Of a stretch of 64,000 bases of DNA, positions 49,401 through 64,000 are shown piece by piece. The first letter of the stretch is position 1. The number at the start of each line of letters is the position of its first letter. The translations under genes and the position numbers were made by a program. The stretch spans positions 28,536,628 to 28,600,627 of the forward strand of contig OZ037767.1 of assembly GCA_964035545.1 (NCBI GenBank), in the 5' to 3' direction. Source of the DNA: Bugula neritina. Taxonomy: Eukaryota; Animalia; Bryozoa. The notes beneath the pieces were generated by a model. It worked only from the letters and a program-made list of their open reading frames with translations, was not told the DNA's origin and did no database searches.

Positions 49401-52400
49401 TGGAGTCCTTGGTTTACACACCCAACCCTTTATTATATGTTTCTAAAAGTTATCTCACCTTGAAATTTTGTTTTGCTAATAGCAGTTGTCTTTTCATGTT
49501 GTTATGCATTGTATTAAAGGCTAAACTACATGGCGGATGCTGTCACTGGTAGAAGAGTATTTAGTGTTGGTTTTGAGCTGTTGAACTTGATTTATAGGGC
49601 AGTTGGTCAGTAGACTTGTTGTTCGTGGCTTTTGCAGTTTCAGTCCACCAAAGAAAAAGCGCTTGCCACTCTCAGTACCATGTCATCTGCTCAGATAGTG
49701 TCAGCTTCTGCTTTACAGAGGCCGGGTGGCATGCACATGCACCCCAATCTACCAGCCCACCATCCTGGAATGAGGGCTCCGTACCCACAGCCAACTCATC
49801 CAGGAGCCTGGAACCCGCCGCCACCACCACACGCGGGGGTGGCTGTATCACAAAACCATGAGTATGTATCCAACATGACCAGTATGATGTAAGTGATGTC
49901 CATCAGTAGTCCTACCTGCAAGTACCTTGTTCACACTCTCGTATCATTTACTTTTTCCTGTTGAAAGGTTTATTTCTGGTGAAGGAACCATCTTAGTTTA
50001 TATCATTGATTAAAATTGTTTACTTCTATTTATTTCTGCTATTCAATGTTCAAACTAACACCTTAGCTACAATATCAAGTAATCACATTGAGTTTAATTC
50101 TTATATCATGAATTGAATGGTTCTTGTAGTTGTCTTCCTTTTGTACTCACACTTGTATATCTATATACATTCACAAGGCTGGGATGTTTTACTTGATAAT
50201 AGTAATAGTTTAGGGCTCAATCTGCATAATGCTTGGTAGATGCAGTATATTGTGCATAGCATGAGAACACAACACTATGTGTCATGTTTAACCTTGCGTA
50301 GCATGAAGCCATATGGTGGATATGGAAGTCCTATGATGGATATTAAGCCCTCAATCAACCCACACATGGTGGTGCCCACCGCCTCACCAATCTCACCAAC
50401 TGGTGGCGGGGAGGCGTGGGAGGGCAGAAGCATTGCTGGACCCAAACTTCGGCTCTGCGACTTCTCGGCCTTTCTGGATCAGCAGCGAGACGCTGACACG
50501 GTGAGACAACTCTTGTGCTTCCTTCGGCTCTCCAGCATCTTTGAGACGAGAGGTTTTATTGATTCTGTGGCAGTTCCAATGATTTTTGCTTTTTCCCCAT
50601 CATTAGAATACTGTTGCATATTTAGAGGAGCTTTTGCCTGGCACCATCACATTTAATGTCTTTTAATAGTGCAACTGCAAATAGATGAATAGTTTGTATA
50701 TTAGGCATGTACTATGCGTGTTGACAGCACGAACACAACATTTCACTGCTTACTGGTTGGTTATTTCAACCCTTTGACACATCATCTAGTTTTTATCAGG
50801 ATTTAAACTAAAATTGATTTTATTAATTTGTAGCTGGAAATAAATAAATGAAAATATTTTATATTTATATAGTGTTATACCGATGTGAGGCTCTTAATTT
50901 TCAGTATTTCCTCTCGTTTTAGTATAACAAGCATATATTTGTGCAACTGGGTGGTACTGTGCCAACTTTTGCTGATCCTCAGCTGGAGGTTGTTGATATC
51001 AGACAAATCTACGATAAATTCCCCGACAAGAAAGGAGGGCTGAAGGACCTGTATGAGCAAGGTCCACCTGGGGCTTTCTTTCTGGTTAAGTTCTGGGCAG
51101 ATCTGAATACAACTGTGCAGGAGGAAAGTGGTGCATTCTATGGAGTCACCAGCCAGTAAGTGCTGCCTCTGCATGAACCTTGGCAGCAGTAAACCTTGCT
51201 CGTTATCTGCTGCTTGCTATAGCTCATCAGTTAACCAACTTATTTACTATTCTGTCTTGAACATTTTTTAATAAAGAGCCTTTGCAGAAGGAGTTTTACT
51301 ACTGTTTCATTTAGCTCTCAAACGTCTTGTTCAGAGTATTTGCAGCCAAAGCTCCATAAACTGTGACTCATATGATACTGAAATGGTTTACGCTGAGGAT
51401 ATTCTTGTATTTCTTATTAAGTTACCACATGTTGAAGGTTTTTATTCATTCTGGTAACACACCCCTTCTCCCCACTGCAGGTACGAAAGTGACAAGCAGA
51501 TGACTATCAGTTGCTCAACGAAAGTGTGCTCATTTGGCAAACAAGTGGTGGAGAAAGTGGAGGTAAGGGGGAGGGGGTCATACAAATAAATATTTCAGGT
51601 GAATAATCAGGCAGGTGGTGCATGGCTGACCCTGTGTTCACCACAGGTATGAGTTATGTCAGCAAATGCCAGAAATTGTTGCTGTCATACTCTGCCTACC
51701 AGCATCGACCAACTGAGCTAGAAGTGTGACCACACTCAGCCTTTCACTCACCAAATCCATCAGATTGCACACCCTACCACTCACATCTATCTCTATTCAC
51801 TCAGCAGTTCTGGCTGCCTTTTATTATTGTCTGCCATTGTTTTGCATTTGGCAGCAGGCACTACTTGACACCAGGCAGCCTGCCCTTTCAACTCTGATGT
51901 TGTTTTGACTTGGCTATTGTTTGGAGGCCATGCTTGCTTTAACAGAATACAGTAATGTCAAAACAATGTCGGGGTTTGGTTCCACTCCTGCACCTGGTTT
52001 CACAACTCTGCTTGAGTTGACTTATTCATATCTATCTGAAATTTTACTGTTGTTTAATCATGTAGTTTGTAAGTACTAGTGTACTGTACTGTACTGCTAC
52101 TGGTTGTAATATATGTATATATGATCATTTGTTAACCTTATTAGACGTTGATGCCACCCTTGCAGTCAATATTGCAGCATAAGCTATTACATAGAGTAGT
52201 AGGGTGTGTGGATATCGTATTCACTCAAATACTGTCTATAATTATCTTTCACTGTCTCCACTTAATGGCTGGCATAAACTATAAAGTATAAAGCATAAAA
52301 TTATAGGTGCCTGGTAACTGCTGAAACCAACGACTACAGCTAAGCTATTGTAAATAGAACAATTTATCATGTTTTTGAAATGGATGAGTTGTCAAGGTGC

Positions 52401-55400
52401 CAACCTGTCCGAGCACAGCATTCACTAGTAACTTTATAACGTAGTATGCAGCTCCCGTTAATGCCAGGTTATAATATTAGGCTTATAACAGCTTTAAAAT
52501 AACTCCATTAGGGACAATGGAAAGTAGTAGTAACTGCAGCAGCGATGGTAGCTGGAGAGAATAGTAGTAGCACTATATAAAAAGAGTAGAAATATTAGTA
52601 ACAGTATTTATGGTAACAGTAGTAGTAGTAGTAAAAGTAGTTGTAGTAATAATAGTTATTGTAGTAATTATAGTAATTATAGTAGTGATAGTAATAATAA
52701 TTATTGTAGTAATACTAGTTACTATAGTAATACTAGAGATAATAGTAGTTGTAGTAATAATAGTAGTGATAGTAATAATAGTTATTGTAGTAATACTAGC
52801 AATAATAGTAGTAATAGTAGTGATATAGTAATAATAGTAATAATAATAGCTCTAGCCACCCAATCTGTTGCTATAAATTGCTCCCAGGGGCCACTACTCT
52901 ACACACCCATCCGTGATATATCTCTATGCTGTATCCCTGTGCTGTATCTATATGCTGTATTTAATATGTTGCCATATCCTGTTACAGACTGAATATGCAA
53001 GATTTGAAAATGGCAGATTCGTATATAGAATTCACCGCTCGCCCATGTGTGACTACATGATTACATTTATTCACAAACTAAAGCAGTTACCAGAAAAATA
53101 CATGATGAATTCAGTGCTAGAAAACTTCACAATACTGCAGGTGAGGCTCTAAACACTAGCTACCTGTGTGTGTGGGGCGCGTGTGAGAAAGGGGGGGGAG
53201 AGTGTGTGTCGGGCCATGACTTCTGTACTATAACATTATATTGGCCTCTGATAGTAGTTGACAACTTCAGGCTCTGGTGCTTGACAGAACCACATATTTT
53301 ATTTGAGAGATCCAATGTTAATTTTGTTGCTAAAAATAAGAAAATAATGTTACTAGTTAACGTTTAGTCATGCCTACATCACTGGTCTCCCTAAAATAGT
53401 CCCTAAAATAGTCCCTAAAAAGTCATAGACATGGTTCAAACGTGACATTAATTGGGTCATACACTGTGAACTACTTGCCAAGTGTCACTTTTAGTGTCTG
53501 TTGCAAAACCAGCTACAATAGTTTTCACCTTTCTAGTCAGGTGGGCTGTCCTATATTGGGGCAAAGATAAACAAAGAAGGCAATTCCGATTTAAATGAAA
53601 AGATGAAAACTGTAGTGCTGTTACAATGTAGTATGGGCAGTGCAAGGTAGTAGCTGTAGCTATGTTGAGACAACTGGGCATACCTTGCCTCCCTAAAAGC
53701 ACTTTAGTATCTACTTTAATCAGCCTGAGTAAGAGCTACTCGTGCCTACACAGACCTGCGAGTTGAAGGAGCACTTGATGGCTGCAGCAAGTCAAAAACA
53801 AAAGCAATTACCAGAAGGATTAGCTGGGATGAAGTCTCTTCATATACATAATGGAAAGTAAAATGCAGCAGATGGGCCAATTGACTATGTGCGTGCTAGT
53901 CACTTGCTTCTCTGAACACTGTGGACCGCATTAGTCTACCTACAATCTGCTGCTGTCCAAACTTTGGCATTTAAGAGCCACTAATGTATAGTAATCCGAT
54001 TAAAGTGTTTCCCTGAAGACCAGGGAATTGAAAAGTAATGATATTTTAACACGTAGCGACAACTGGCACTGATACTATGATTGTGATATGCTCTCTACTC
54101 TGAAGGGTAATCGCTCCTCTAACATGTGTCATCATCAGTTTGTTTTGTGTTTCAAACCAAATGTATTGTAAAGGTTACAATTCAGATAATATTTCAGCTA
54201 CATTATTTACTGCCATGTACAGACATGTGGCTGTTTCAGATGACAAGCTTTTTGTTTCACCCAAGCTTTGCGTGCAGCTACCTAAGCATCAGTACCGCCT
54301 GCTACCAGCTGAAGAAAGTGGAGGTAGCTGTCTAGAATCTAGATGGTAATCTCTTCCCCATGCAGCTTTATATACTTTATATACTGCACGACTTCCTCCC
54401 AGGTGCTCTTAGCTGTCAGGGTACCTTTCAATATGCAACAATCTTTAAATGGCTACTGACTACACAACAGCAATGTGTGGTGCCTTTAATAAAGGCTAGT
54501 TTTCTACGACTATAAAGTAGCATCACAAATATTGCAGCAGTCTAAATGAAGATATCAATAAATCTTTTTATCTTGACTCAAATCTAACAAAAATGGCTGT
54601 CTGGCGGATTAGTGTTGATGAAATGAGACATTTTATAGGCTCTGTTTTTAAGTGATCTGATGGCAGATATTTGTTAACTTCTCTAAATAGTGGCCAGTAA
54701 TTTCACAGACATGGGGTTAACAATTATGGAGGGGGTTCACAGATCTGGGGGGAGGGGGTTCACAGATCTGGGTTCTAAATAAAAAAAGAAGCAGTCTCCT
54801 CTTTTCAGTTAATTGGTTTGGCTGCGTACATTCAGTTGAAGTTGATTACTGCTAGGAATATAATGACGTCTACAAACTACCATCAAATAAATACTCAGAG
54901 TATATTAATGCTTATCGATGCTTCTTTACACGTATCCTATAGATTAAACTCAACTTATTTCATTAATCTATAATTAGCTTATTAGCTGATGTCTTATAGC
55001 CATGCATTGTTTTATTTTTTATAACGAATATATAGAAGTAGCAAGAGTGGCAATTCAAAATGTACACCTAATATTTGATTTAGCTGCAATGTTGGTAATG
55101 CATGCAGTTCTTGGCTTGATGATCATTACATTTGCATGCGACACGACAGAAAATTGCATTAAAAATAAAAACTAATTAATCAGTGTTTAATATTGTTATT
55201 ACTATTCAGTCTACAGAGAGCAATAATGGGTGGTCACTCCTGAGTGGTTAATGACACAATAATTTTCAAGCTGTATACTGTCAAGTCTGCAATAGGGTTT
55301 ACCCTAGCGATGATAATAATATTCAAATTTCCCTCCTAAACTTGCCAGTTACAGCCGGCATTGTTCCCTGTGTAATAATTATAGTATTTTCAAGCCAGTT

Positions 55401-58400
55401 AATCGTAGTAAAGCATTATCATTGTTGCACAGCAACTTTTCTAATTGGCACCTAAATTTCAATTAACATCTGTCACATTAAAATTATAATAGTGTATATT
55501 TTATGATGAATGCCTTTAATTATAGGTTGCAATTATTTATATATCCTCATTGTAAGTCCTAATCTTGACATGATCTAGCTGTGCATAGCTGCGATAATTA
55601 TTGTTGCCTCCAATAATCATTACTCTTACTTTTCTATCACTCAGTCAAAACCAAGCAACTTTCTGGAAGTGCAGTATTGTCTATTAAACTGTAGCATATA
55701 ATCACCTACATCTACCGGCAGGGAATCTATTGTTAGACAATTACAAGTTCTCTCACTTGAGTTGCAGTAGTGTACGGAGAATGGGTCGTACCTTCTGCAG
55801 TAAAGTCTGCACTCGATGATCTGCTGCACTCCTGATAAGAATCTAAGCAACTAGCAGTCTTATGTTTTCTAAACCCCATTATTATACTTTTTACAGCATA
55901 TACAACACACCCTAAAGGTGTTTAGTACATACTCTGTGATAGTGTACAGTGCATACTATTATAAGTCAGGTAATCGTCATCTTCACTAAAATAATTGCTT
56001 GTTTGCTTTTATTACCTTTTTATTCCCCATTAGTCCCCATTCCTCATACCTAATGAAACCACGGTGTCCATACTACTCTCTCAACTAGTGCAGCCTCTTT
56101 TGGTTCCATTCAAAAGTAGCACAGCTTAATGTTTCAAACTTACTGCCAATGAGTTTTTAAAAATATAAGCCTTGGCCCTACAATGCAGGCTAACTGGATT
56201 TGTTCCTAAATTTCATTTTTAAACTTCCCAGCTATTGTTTGATTTCTTTATTCTATTTGTTTTTTCAATCAAAAATAATTGTATCTTCTCCATTCAAGTT
56301 CTCCAAGTGTGTTGAGTTAATTACCAGTGTAAACAACTCAGATTTCCCTAACTCAGTTTATTAGAGTTGACACACTTCTATTGTGCTAATGGCAGGAAAC
56401 TTTTTACAACAGCTGCCATATGTCATCAACTTGTACATCCTAAGGATTTTTGTCTGCGTAAAGCATAGGAGAAGTTGACATGTAGTAGGCATAAAGACTA
56501 AGTTAAGTGGCTGCTGGGATATGCATTCTCAGGAGTGTGACTATTTCTCCCTTTATAATAAGACAGAATGTTCTCCCTCTGTTAGCTTTATTCCACATAT
56601 TTTCAAGTATAAAAAGCATTTAAAATATCTGTAACAGCACGAATATAAAGATTTCTAGCTAAGCTAAATTATTATCTTGGTAGTAAACTTTATTATTCAC
56701 TGGCGGAATAGCTAAGGGGTAACATCTTCACTGAGTTAACCTTTGAAAATGAACTTCCTGTACGTAGAGTGTAGGATCACATGCTGTGTTTCCTTAGGAG
56801 CACAAGTCCCACTTTGTACTGGATTATGGTTCTCAAAATTAATAACTAATCTAATCAATAAGTTTTGAGTGCTCTCTTTTGTTTAGATGTAGATGGAAGC
56901 TTGTTGGAACTGTTGTTCACAACTTCAGTACAATAAATCTAAAAAATATATGCACTAATAAAAATGATTAGTAACACGAAAAAGTGGTAGATGCAGCAGT
57001 GAATGATAGCTAGCTGTGAGACATTCAAAAGCCAGAAGACCACACCGGGACAGGCATGCTATAAAATAGACTTCTCTAAGATTACAAGTGAAAAGCTGTC
57101 TGCTATACTTCAGAGGGCATGTAAATAGATGTACAAGACTTTTATTAGGAGGATAATAACATTTATCAGTCACTTGTCAGCTTTCCCTCCCATCATTCTT
57201 GTATAATATGATAGATAAACTTGAAGCACGTTGTAGGTACACACTACACACAGCTTAAAATGAATTATAGGGCTAACAATATGATTACCTGAAATAATAT
57301 GGTTGTTATCAAATTTCGAAATAATCAAAGGAAAATAAACTTGAAAATATATGAAAACAATGTAGCTGCTGTAAAAGGTTTTAATGAGTTTTGTGAGTAT
57401 TTTTAAAAAAAACCATATAGATTATTGAATTTTCTTTTTTAATTTTTTCTGTGCCATTTTGTTATAATAAAAGTCGGTTTGACAGCCATTTTGATCTTTT
57501 TAGGTTATCTATTGTTTTTGGCATTTCGTTTGCAGGAGATTTTAAACTTTAGACTTTCATCTTTTTTGCGGTCATTGTATTCCTAGTAACCGGTCTCCTT
57601 GCAAGTCACCTCTCTCAGCTGTAGGACACTGAATTTTCCCATAAAAGATATTATTTTACATAATGTGACAGCTTCCTATATCTTCTTATCTCAGTAAACA
57701 TTGCGGTACAAAATACTGTTTACTTTGTCAACTAAATGTAACACCAGCAAATCTCTCCTCGATCTCCTAGGGTTTACATCTCCAATTTCCTCAGTCTTAT
57801 TTATAATAATTTATCCCTCATTTCAAACTAATAAAGATATAATGTTCTACTTGTATACTGAAATGTATTTACCAGAGAGTAGAAGTGCATAGGATAGTAT
57901 TGGGTCTAATTAGTGTTAATATCTGATTAACTAACCAAAATATCTCTTTTGTTTCCTAATTAATAGCTCTTTGAACGCAGATGTTGAAATCCAGACTGAT
58001 TTCAATATAATATTTACTCTCTGCCAAGACCCTGGTTTCTTTGTTTACGTGCAAACTGTGAGTACAGCGTGGGACAGCATTGACCTTTCAACCCTCTGCT
58101 CACAGTTACTTTGATATTGATTCCTGCGTTTGCCTTTAGCTCAGCCGGGCAGGAGCTCAGCAAATCCATCGCTACATTCTTCTGGAATAATTAACATTCA
58201 ACTCTTTCTGTTCAACGAGTAAATAATGTCATTCTGTAATGGTAATAAAACCATACTCATCCTTTAATGTCTGTTATACCACTCCTATGTCTGAAGGATT
58301 AATTCAGTTTTACTTGTAGTAAGAAGTTGTAAATGACTTTCTCTATAGAAACTGAGGAATTCAGGGTCATAATTTACCACAATTATTAAACCACATAGTT

Positions 58401-60436
58401 GTTTAGACTCGGTTGCCATGGAAACTATGTGAAGGATTTAAGCTCTGTGACTTCCAATAATTATAAGTGAGCACCCCAACTGTTCATTTTGAAACGTAGT
58501 GACTGTAAATTAATCATGTAATAGTATCACCAGATACTGTGTCTGTTTATTCCACTGACTTTCATAAATTAGTTTAGCCATAATTTTCTTTCTGCTGAGA
58601 TAGACTCAAAATTTATATTTGCAACTTTCAAAGGTGTCTTTGTGCAACTGTTTGAACTGCCATCTTTTCTGTGCAGCTGCAACACGCAGTTTGAGTATTA
58701 ATAGCCATTAAATATCAGCCAGTGTTGTTAATTGTGGGAAAATGCTGTTTCCACCCATTTGATTAAAATTATAGTTTCCAGTGTGATTTTGACACCACAC
58801 AGACATATAATCTGTAACTGGTAACTGGAAGTGCATACTATAATAACAATATTAGTATAATATCCAATAACTTGGAGAAGACTTCTTCCTGCTAGTTTGC
58901 TAAGTCATGCCCATTGATCCCCCATTCGTTTTCCATTTTTAGCAGTATAGAGGTCATTAGTATATTGTCTTCTTAGACAGAGCTAATCTTTTTTCAAAAG
59001 ATGAAGGGTAAGTTAAGGGAAGGGAAGGGGGAGGAGTCAGAAAGGGTAAGTTAAGGGAAGGGAAGGGGGAGGAGTCAGAAAGGGTAAAGCCCTGGCCACA
59101 CGATCGTGAGAATCACACGAAATCGTCTATTTGACACGAAAAAACATTCGTACGAGAAAATTTGAGGGAATTCAAACGAAATCGTCATCGTTGGGTGTGC
59201 ACAACGATGACGATGGACGAAAAATCATAATCAACGATAAGTACCATTTGATTGGTCAATAGAATTTTAGCAACAGTAATTATTTCATTTCTACTAAGTT
59301 TCTCTATTTGGCAATGTTCTGCTGCTTGTATCTCGTGCAAGACTCATTCACGGACTAATAAAAATGACTTGTTGCCATCAAAGTGGTATATATTAAAGGT
59401 ATATATATATATATATTATGCACGCCAAATAATTACTACAAATTTCAAAAATAGCATAAATTAAGTAGTATTACTATGCCTATTTGCATCCAATTTACCA
59501 GTCTTACATTTATAGCAACTGTAAAGTATTTTGCGTAAAATAGCTATCGCAAGCATTATTCTATTCATATTCACATGGTAATCACAGCGAAGCTTAAACT
59601 TTATAGCTTTGTATTTACAAGCATGAGTGAGTTTTAAATTATTTTTTTTTGTTTTATATGCATAAAAATGTTTTTAAAAACTTTACCAATAAACAAAACT
59701 AAAAAAATGTACACATAAAATACCAAAAAAATAACAAAAATGGCAAAATTTTTCCTTTATAACTTATATAAACTTGCGGTACCAATCTCGGCATAATGAC
59801 TTTTCGTTTAAACGATTATGTGGCTGGTCAATACGAAAAGATAACTCACGAAAATCGTCACACGAGTTTCGTGTCATTCTCACGATCGTGTGGCCAGGGC
59901 TTTAGTCAAGGGAAGGGAAGGGGGAGGAGTCAGAAAGGGTAAGTTAAGGGAAGGAAGGGGGAGGAGTCAGAAAGGGTAAGTTAAGGGAAGGAAGGGGGAG
60001 GAGTCAGAAAGGGTAAGTTAAGGGAAGGGAGATTCAAGGTTTACTAGTTGAGGCAACAGCAGCTGCACTATTTCTCAGTCAATAATACTTAGACCTGGTC
60101 TTATCAGCTCTCTCTCCTATCTCTGGCACTTGTGCAGCCCTTTATCTCAGTATTATTCTAAAATCATGTAACGGCCCACTGTTCTTATCTTTAAGGGGTA
60201 CGGCCCACCGTGACACCTAAATGTTTTGAAAAGCCAGGTACACTATCTAATTCCGCCATGTTTTCGATGCTGCTTGCTTATAATTCAAACTGAAATGTAA
60301 TGATGGGATGGTTTTGTTTCAGGTTGTAACCAACAAAGATACGCAGGAGACGCTCCTATGCATTGCGTTTGTGTTTGAGGTGTCCACATCCGAACACGGA
60401 GCACAACATCACATATATAAACTTTTAAAGGATTGA
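46422..60436 (+). CDS. TEAD: TEA-domain transcription factor TEAD/scalloped, 460 aa (exons 46422-46659, 48659-48798, 49638-49861, 50302-50500, 50923-51155, 51481-51562, 52988-53140, 60323-60436)
   Basis: TEA domain [75 protein letters not shown]-binding domain [35 protein letters not shown] (palmitoylation Cys), [11 protein letters not shown]...HHIYKLLKD*. 1383 nt, in frame. Confidence 0.97.
52560..52850. repeat. Degenerate (AGT/AAT)n trinucleotide tract in a TEAD intron
   Basis: Read directly; gives a spurious V/I-rich ORF. Confidence 0.85.
59004..60030. repeat. 38-bp purine-rich minisatellite split by a MITE (59004-59087 and 59902-60030)
   Basis: Unit aagggtaagttaagggaagggaagggggaggagtcaga on both sides of the insertion. 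Confidence 0.9.
59088..59901. mobile_element. 814-bp PIF/Harbinger-like MITE in the last TEAD intron
   Basis: 35-bp TIRs agccctggccacacgatcgtgagaat(c/g)acacgaaa match at 34/35. Flanks are TAA and TTA (TWA target), subterminal cacgaaa repeats are present, and there is no transposase ORF. Confidence 0.88.
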
Positions 60437-63400
60437 TCTATAATGAACACCTTTTTTTTCTTGTAATATAGTACAAATGTATAATATACAATTATATTTA
60501 CAATATATTCTAGCCTAAGTAATGTTATATATTCATGGTTTATTTTTAAGACTGCAATTATAATCAGGGCAGGTAGAGTAACTACATACAGGTACAAGGC
60601 GATTGCAATAGCTCAAGCAAGATTACCACGATACTATCACGCTACTACTGTTAGTAGTACCATCTATATCCTGTTGCAGCATTCACTCTTTAACTTATCT
60701 GGGTTTACCTGGTTGGGTGTGTTTTTGCTGACACTTTGTGCATTTTGATAATGTCTATTCTGCAATATGCAATGTAATAATGTATTTGAATACTGATCAT
60801 ATGGAAATATATGTGTCTGCCAACAACATACTGTAATATATAATCATGGATTATATTATATTATAGTATATTTTATGTTACATAATGGAAATTAAATTTT
60901 TGATTTTTAATACTAGCCTCCATGTTTGGGTTAGGTGATGTTATATATCAAACAGGCAAGGTTAATATATTTTTGTAAAATTTTATTGTTATCTAGGCTA
61001 ACTACTGCAGCAGTACATATTCTTAGAGCTCGGATAGGATGAGATAGCAATTACCAAGATAGAAATTATTGGCAAGTTGCAGTATGTAGCGCAGATAAAT
61101 TGATAATACACCAGCTTTTTCATGTGTTTCAGTGAATTTTGATGCCAACTATTAGCAATAGTAATGCTTGCATATAACTTGTATTTTTCTGATAAAATAA
61201 TGTCAACTGCTAATACTTGTATGTGTTCTAAGTTTTCTTACAGGCTTGTTTTTCTCTTTATTTAGTTATTTTATTTCATTGTATTACATAATTATACACC
61301 TGCTCAACTTCAAATAAACTGTGAAAATCACGACCCTATCTTTTTTCAGTTTCTTTCATTTGAACTATTTTTGCTTGATTAATAAGCTATATAGCCAGGG
61401 TGTTTCCTTGGTGACCACATTAGCCAAAGATCTATTTCCTGTAATTGTTATCTGTAACTGAAAAATTCAAATATCCCTCCTTTGTCATCCCAAGCATGAT
61501 AACTGCAAAACAGAGATAACCATCTGCCAGTGTAATTACCTGTCAGTTGTAAAGCTTATTGTGATTGGTCGAAAAGTAAAACTAGCAGCTGCCACTAATT
61601 ACACTAGAGGGAATAAATTTATTGCAAAATAGCTTCAGAAAACCATGATTAAACATTTTATATGGAGAAAGCTTAAAATTGTGAAGTTAAACTAAACATG
61701 ATTCACTGTTTATATGCTCTGCTGGAATGTTCCCATGTTTTAGTTCAGAAAATGTGATTTTCTATAATGGAACAAGAAACTTGATGCTGGAAATTAAGTG
61801 ATGATATTTTTGAGTGGACTGACTAATGGAGATCAAACCTTGAAAAGCCGTTGAACTGAGTGATCATAAAATATTAAGTTGTCCCATTATGCATGAGCTC
61901 TTCACAAAGACAAAGGTCACCACATACTGCAACCTCGCCACCACTTGCTAACCAAACAAAGACTGAGGGCCATGTACCTAACATTATGTGAATCTTACAG
62001 TTATTGTAAAAACACCTAGTAAATTCTACTCACCTCAAGACTATCTGATCAATGGCAAAGCATAGTTGGCAGTTCCTATATGTTTAATAACACATGAGGC
62101 CATGGATGCAGTGCAGCAGTTACACCTACTACTTTTGTATGTATTGCATATTCTGTTACTATGAGGCGTTACCTAATTTCTAAATAAGTCTGTTTTACCT
62201 TTAAAAGTATATAATTTAAAACACACAAAAATTGTACCTTTCCAATAGGGAAGTACAAACTCGCACCAATTACTTGCAAAGTTGCAGCATTTAGCACTCG
62301 GTTCAGCAGAATTTTGCAGCATTTAAAGTTGTCTGGCTGTGAAATAATGCAACTGAGTTTCAAACCCAAATATCAAACAAACATTATAAACCCAGGCCAA
62401 GCAACAATTTACATCTCAGCAGCCAATGCCTAATGACCATTCTTTCATTCAAACTTTTCTTTACTCAATGAGAGTTTAGTTAGCAGGAATACAGTTGAAA
62501 GAATCAAACAAATGACTGCAGAACTTCTTCTTGTATTGTGGATGTAATTTAATGGTGGCTAGTCAACTTTTTGGTTCCAGTGCCACATGCAGGACTCTTT
62601 GATGCAATTAATTCCTTTAATATGCAAGTAGTTATATCGATCACATCCAACTGTCTCATAGCTACCCTGGGACTTCGTACAACTTCTGCTGGTAGATTTG
62701 AACACTAAATAATTGAACTACTACTAGGAATAATAAATAGAGGACTAGAGCTACTATATAATGATTATTGCTACTGTTGGCATGGCAGTGGAGATGCCAA
62801 CCTACAGGTGAGACCTGTCAAAACAAATGACAACCTCATGCAAGTGCCAGTTAGCTGCTGAACGACCAAAGCATCTTCTGTAGGCTCCATCAAACTCCAA
62901 TTATCTTGTAACAAGTGAAATAGATATAAATTAGCAAAAATTCTGTCAAAATGAAAGATTACCAGTTTCTCTCCTGTGAATTATGGCACTTAATGTACAG
63001 CATGTCTGGATACCGCAGCTGCATTGTGCCAAAGTAAGCTCCATCAGTTATAAAATAATAAATATGACAGTCAGTAGTCAAGAATGACTTTTGGCTCCAA
63101 CTTATGACAAATGTCCAGAAACGGAAAAAGTAGCAATTATAGAAATGAATGTATTAATAGTAAAAGGCATTAATTTCAAATTCCATCGTAAGGCAATACA
63201 ACTTGGACCAAATGACATTTTTATTGTAAGTTGTAACTGGTTTGATGAGTAGAGTAATTATAATCACAATTATTCAATGGCTACAGGAAATCTCTGGGAT
63301 GATGGATTGTAATAAAATATGGTTTGTCATCCCAAATCTGCATTTTTCAGCATCAAATCCTAATTTGAACAACCCTCTTAAGAGTTGAGCTGCATTCCAA

Positions 63401-64000
63401 TACTACGATATTTTTATCTTTCTATTATGATATAATAACACTAGTAGTGCTACCTTATATATGAACTGCCTATAATATACTTGGTGCTCATTTAACTTGC
63501 AAATATATTCTTCGTATGCATCTGCAAAGTAGTCTTAGTTTCAGTCTCAGTCTGAGAGGTAACGTAGTTAGAATTTAGGGCTAGGTATGACTATTCTTTT
63601 TAATTCTTTTTCAAACAAGATTTAAAATCCATGTTATATACTAATAAACTTTATGCTCGTTATACAAAGTGGAATATATTTGAAGCAGTTTATGGTTTTG
63701 CATTTTTGCCAAAGCAATTATTTCAAATTTTGCAAAACTTGCTTTTTATTTGATGGCTACACCTCTTCATCACCGTAGGCATTAGCGAAGATCACAGGAA
63801 GGTGCTATTGATGTATTATCTTTACGTCTAAGAGAAAAAAGAGCTCGCAGCCTTTCAACTGCAGAATAAAAGCAGATGCGAATGATTTATTATAGCCTGG
63901 CCATGCCCTACCAGGCACATTGTTCAACGGCAAGCATACATATACCTTTCAACACAATATAAGTTGGCTATGAGTTTGAGTAAGTATCTTAGAAAGAGTA

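Noticed and set aside
53700-54350. Coding-looking fragments in the last TEAD intron (nested gene or TE relic)
   Set aside because: Short, interrupted by stops, no recognisable motif and no consistent splice model.
38280-61730. Scattered CATTCC/GGAATG (MCAT) sites suggesting TEAD autoregulation
   Set aside because: A handful of isolated 6-mers over more than 20 kb is compatible with chance.
61850-64000. Possible minus-strand exons at the window end (donor-like sites near 62032 and 62237)
   Set aside because: Could not be joined into a consistent frame or assigned to a family; may be a gene end or decayed element needing the next window.

Overview
AT-rich, intron-rich animal genomic DNA, most likely a marine invertebrate or lophotrochozoan (inferred from the TEAD sequence and gene content; species not determinable). 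I built six spliced gene models by hand from GT-AG sites and exon phase. (1) The 3' end of a DUF4239/bestrophin-like membrane protein (+, <1-804). (2) A divergent Ig-superfamily type I membrane protein with a 5-residue tail (-, 2307-5525). (3) A WS/DGAT-family acyltransferase-like gene whose HHxxxDG motif reads HGAMYDG (-, 6682-16658). (4) A 486-aa receptor with signal peptide, one Ig domain, a Notch-type negative regulatory region (2 LNR + NOD + NODP), TM and a short tail with no EGF, RAM or ankyrin regions (+, 23463-31534). (5) NUS1/NgBR (-, 33363-35903). (6) TEAD/scalloped (+, 46422-60436). There are also two TIR MITEs and many minisatellites, six of which are anchored on real splice sites and copy or abut them. 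The most notable candidate novelty is the Ig-NRR-TM protein, which looks like a natural synNotch-type receptor; second is the set of splice-site-multiplying tandem arrays. All models are sequence-only predictions with no database or RNA evidence.
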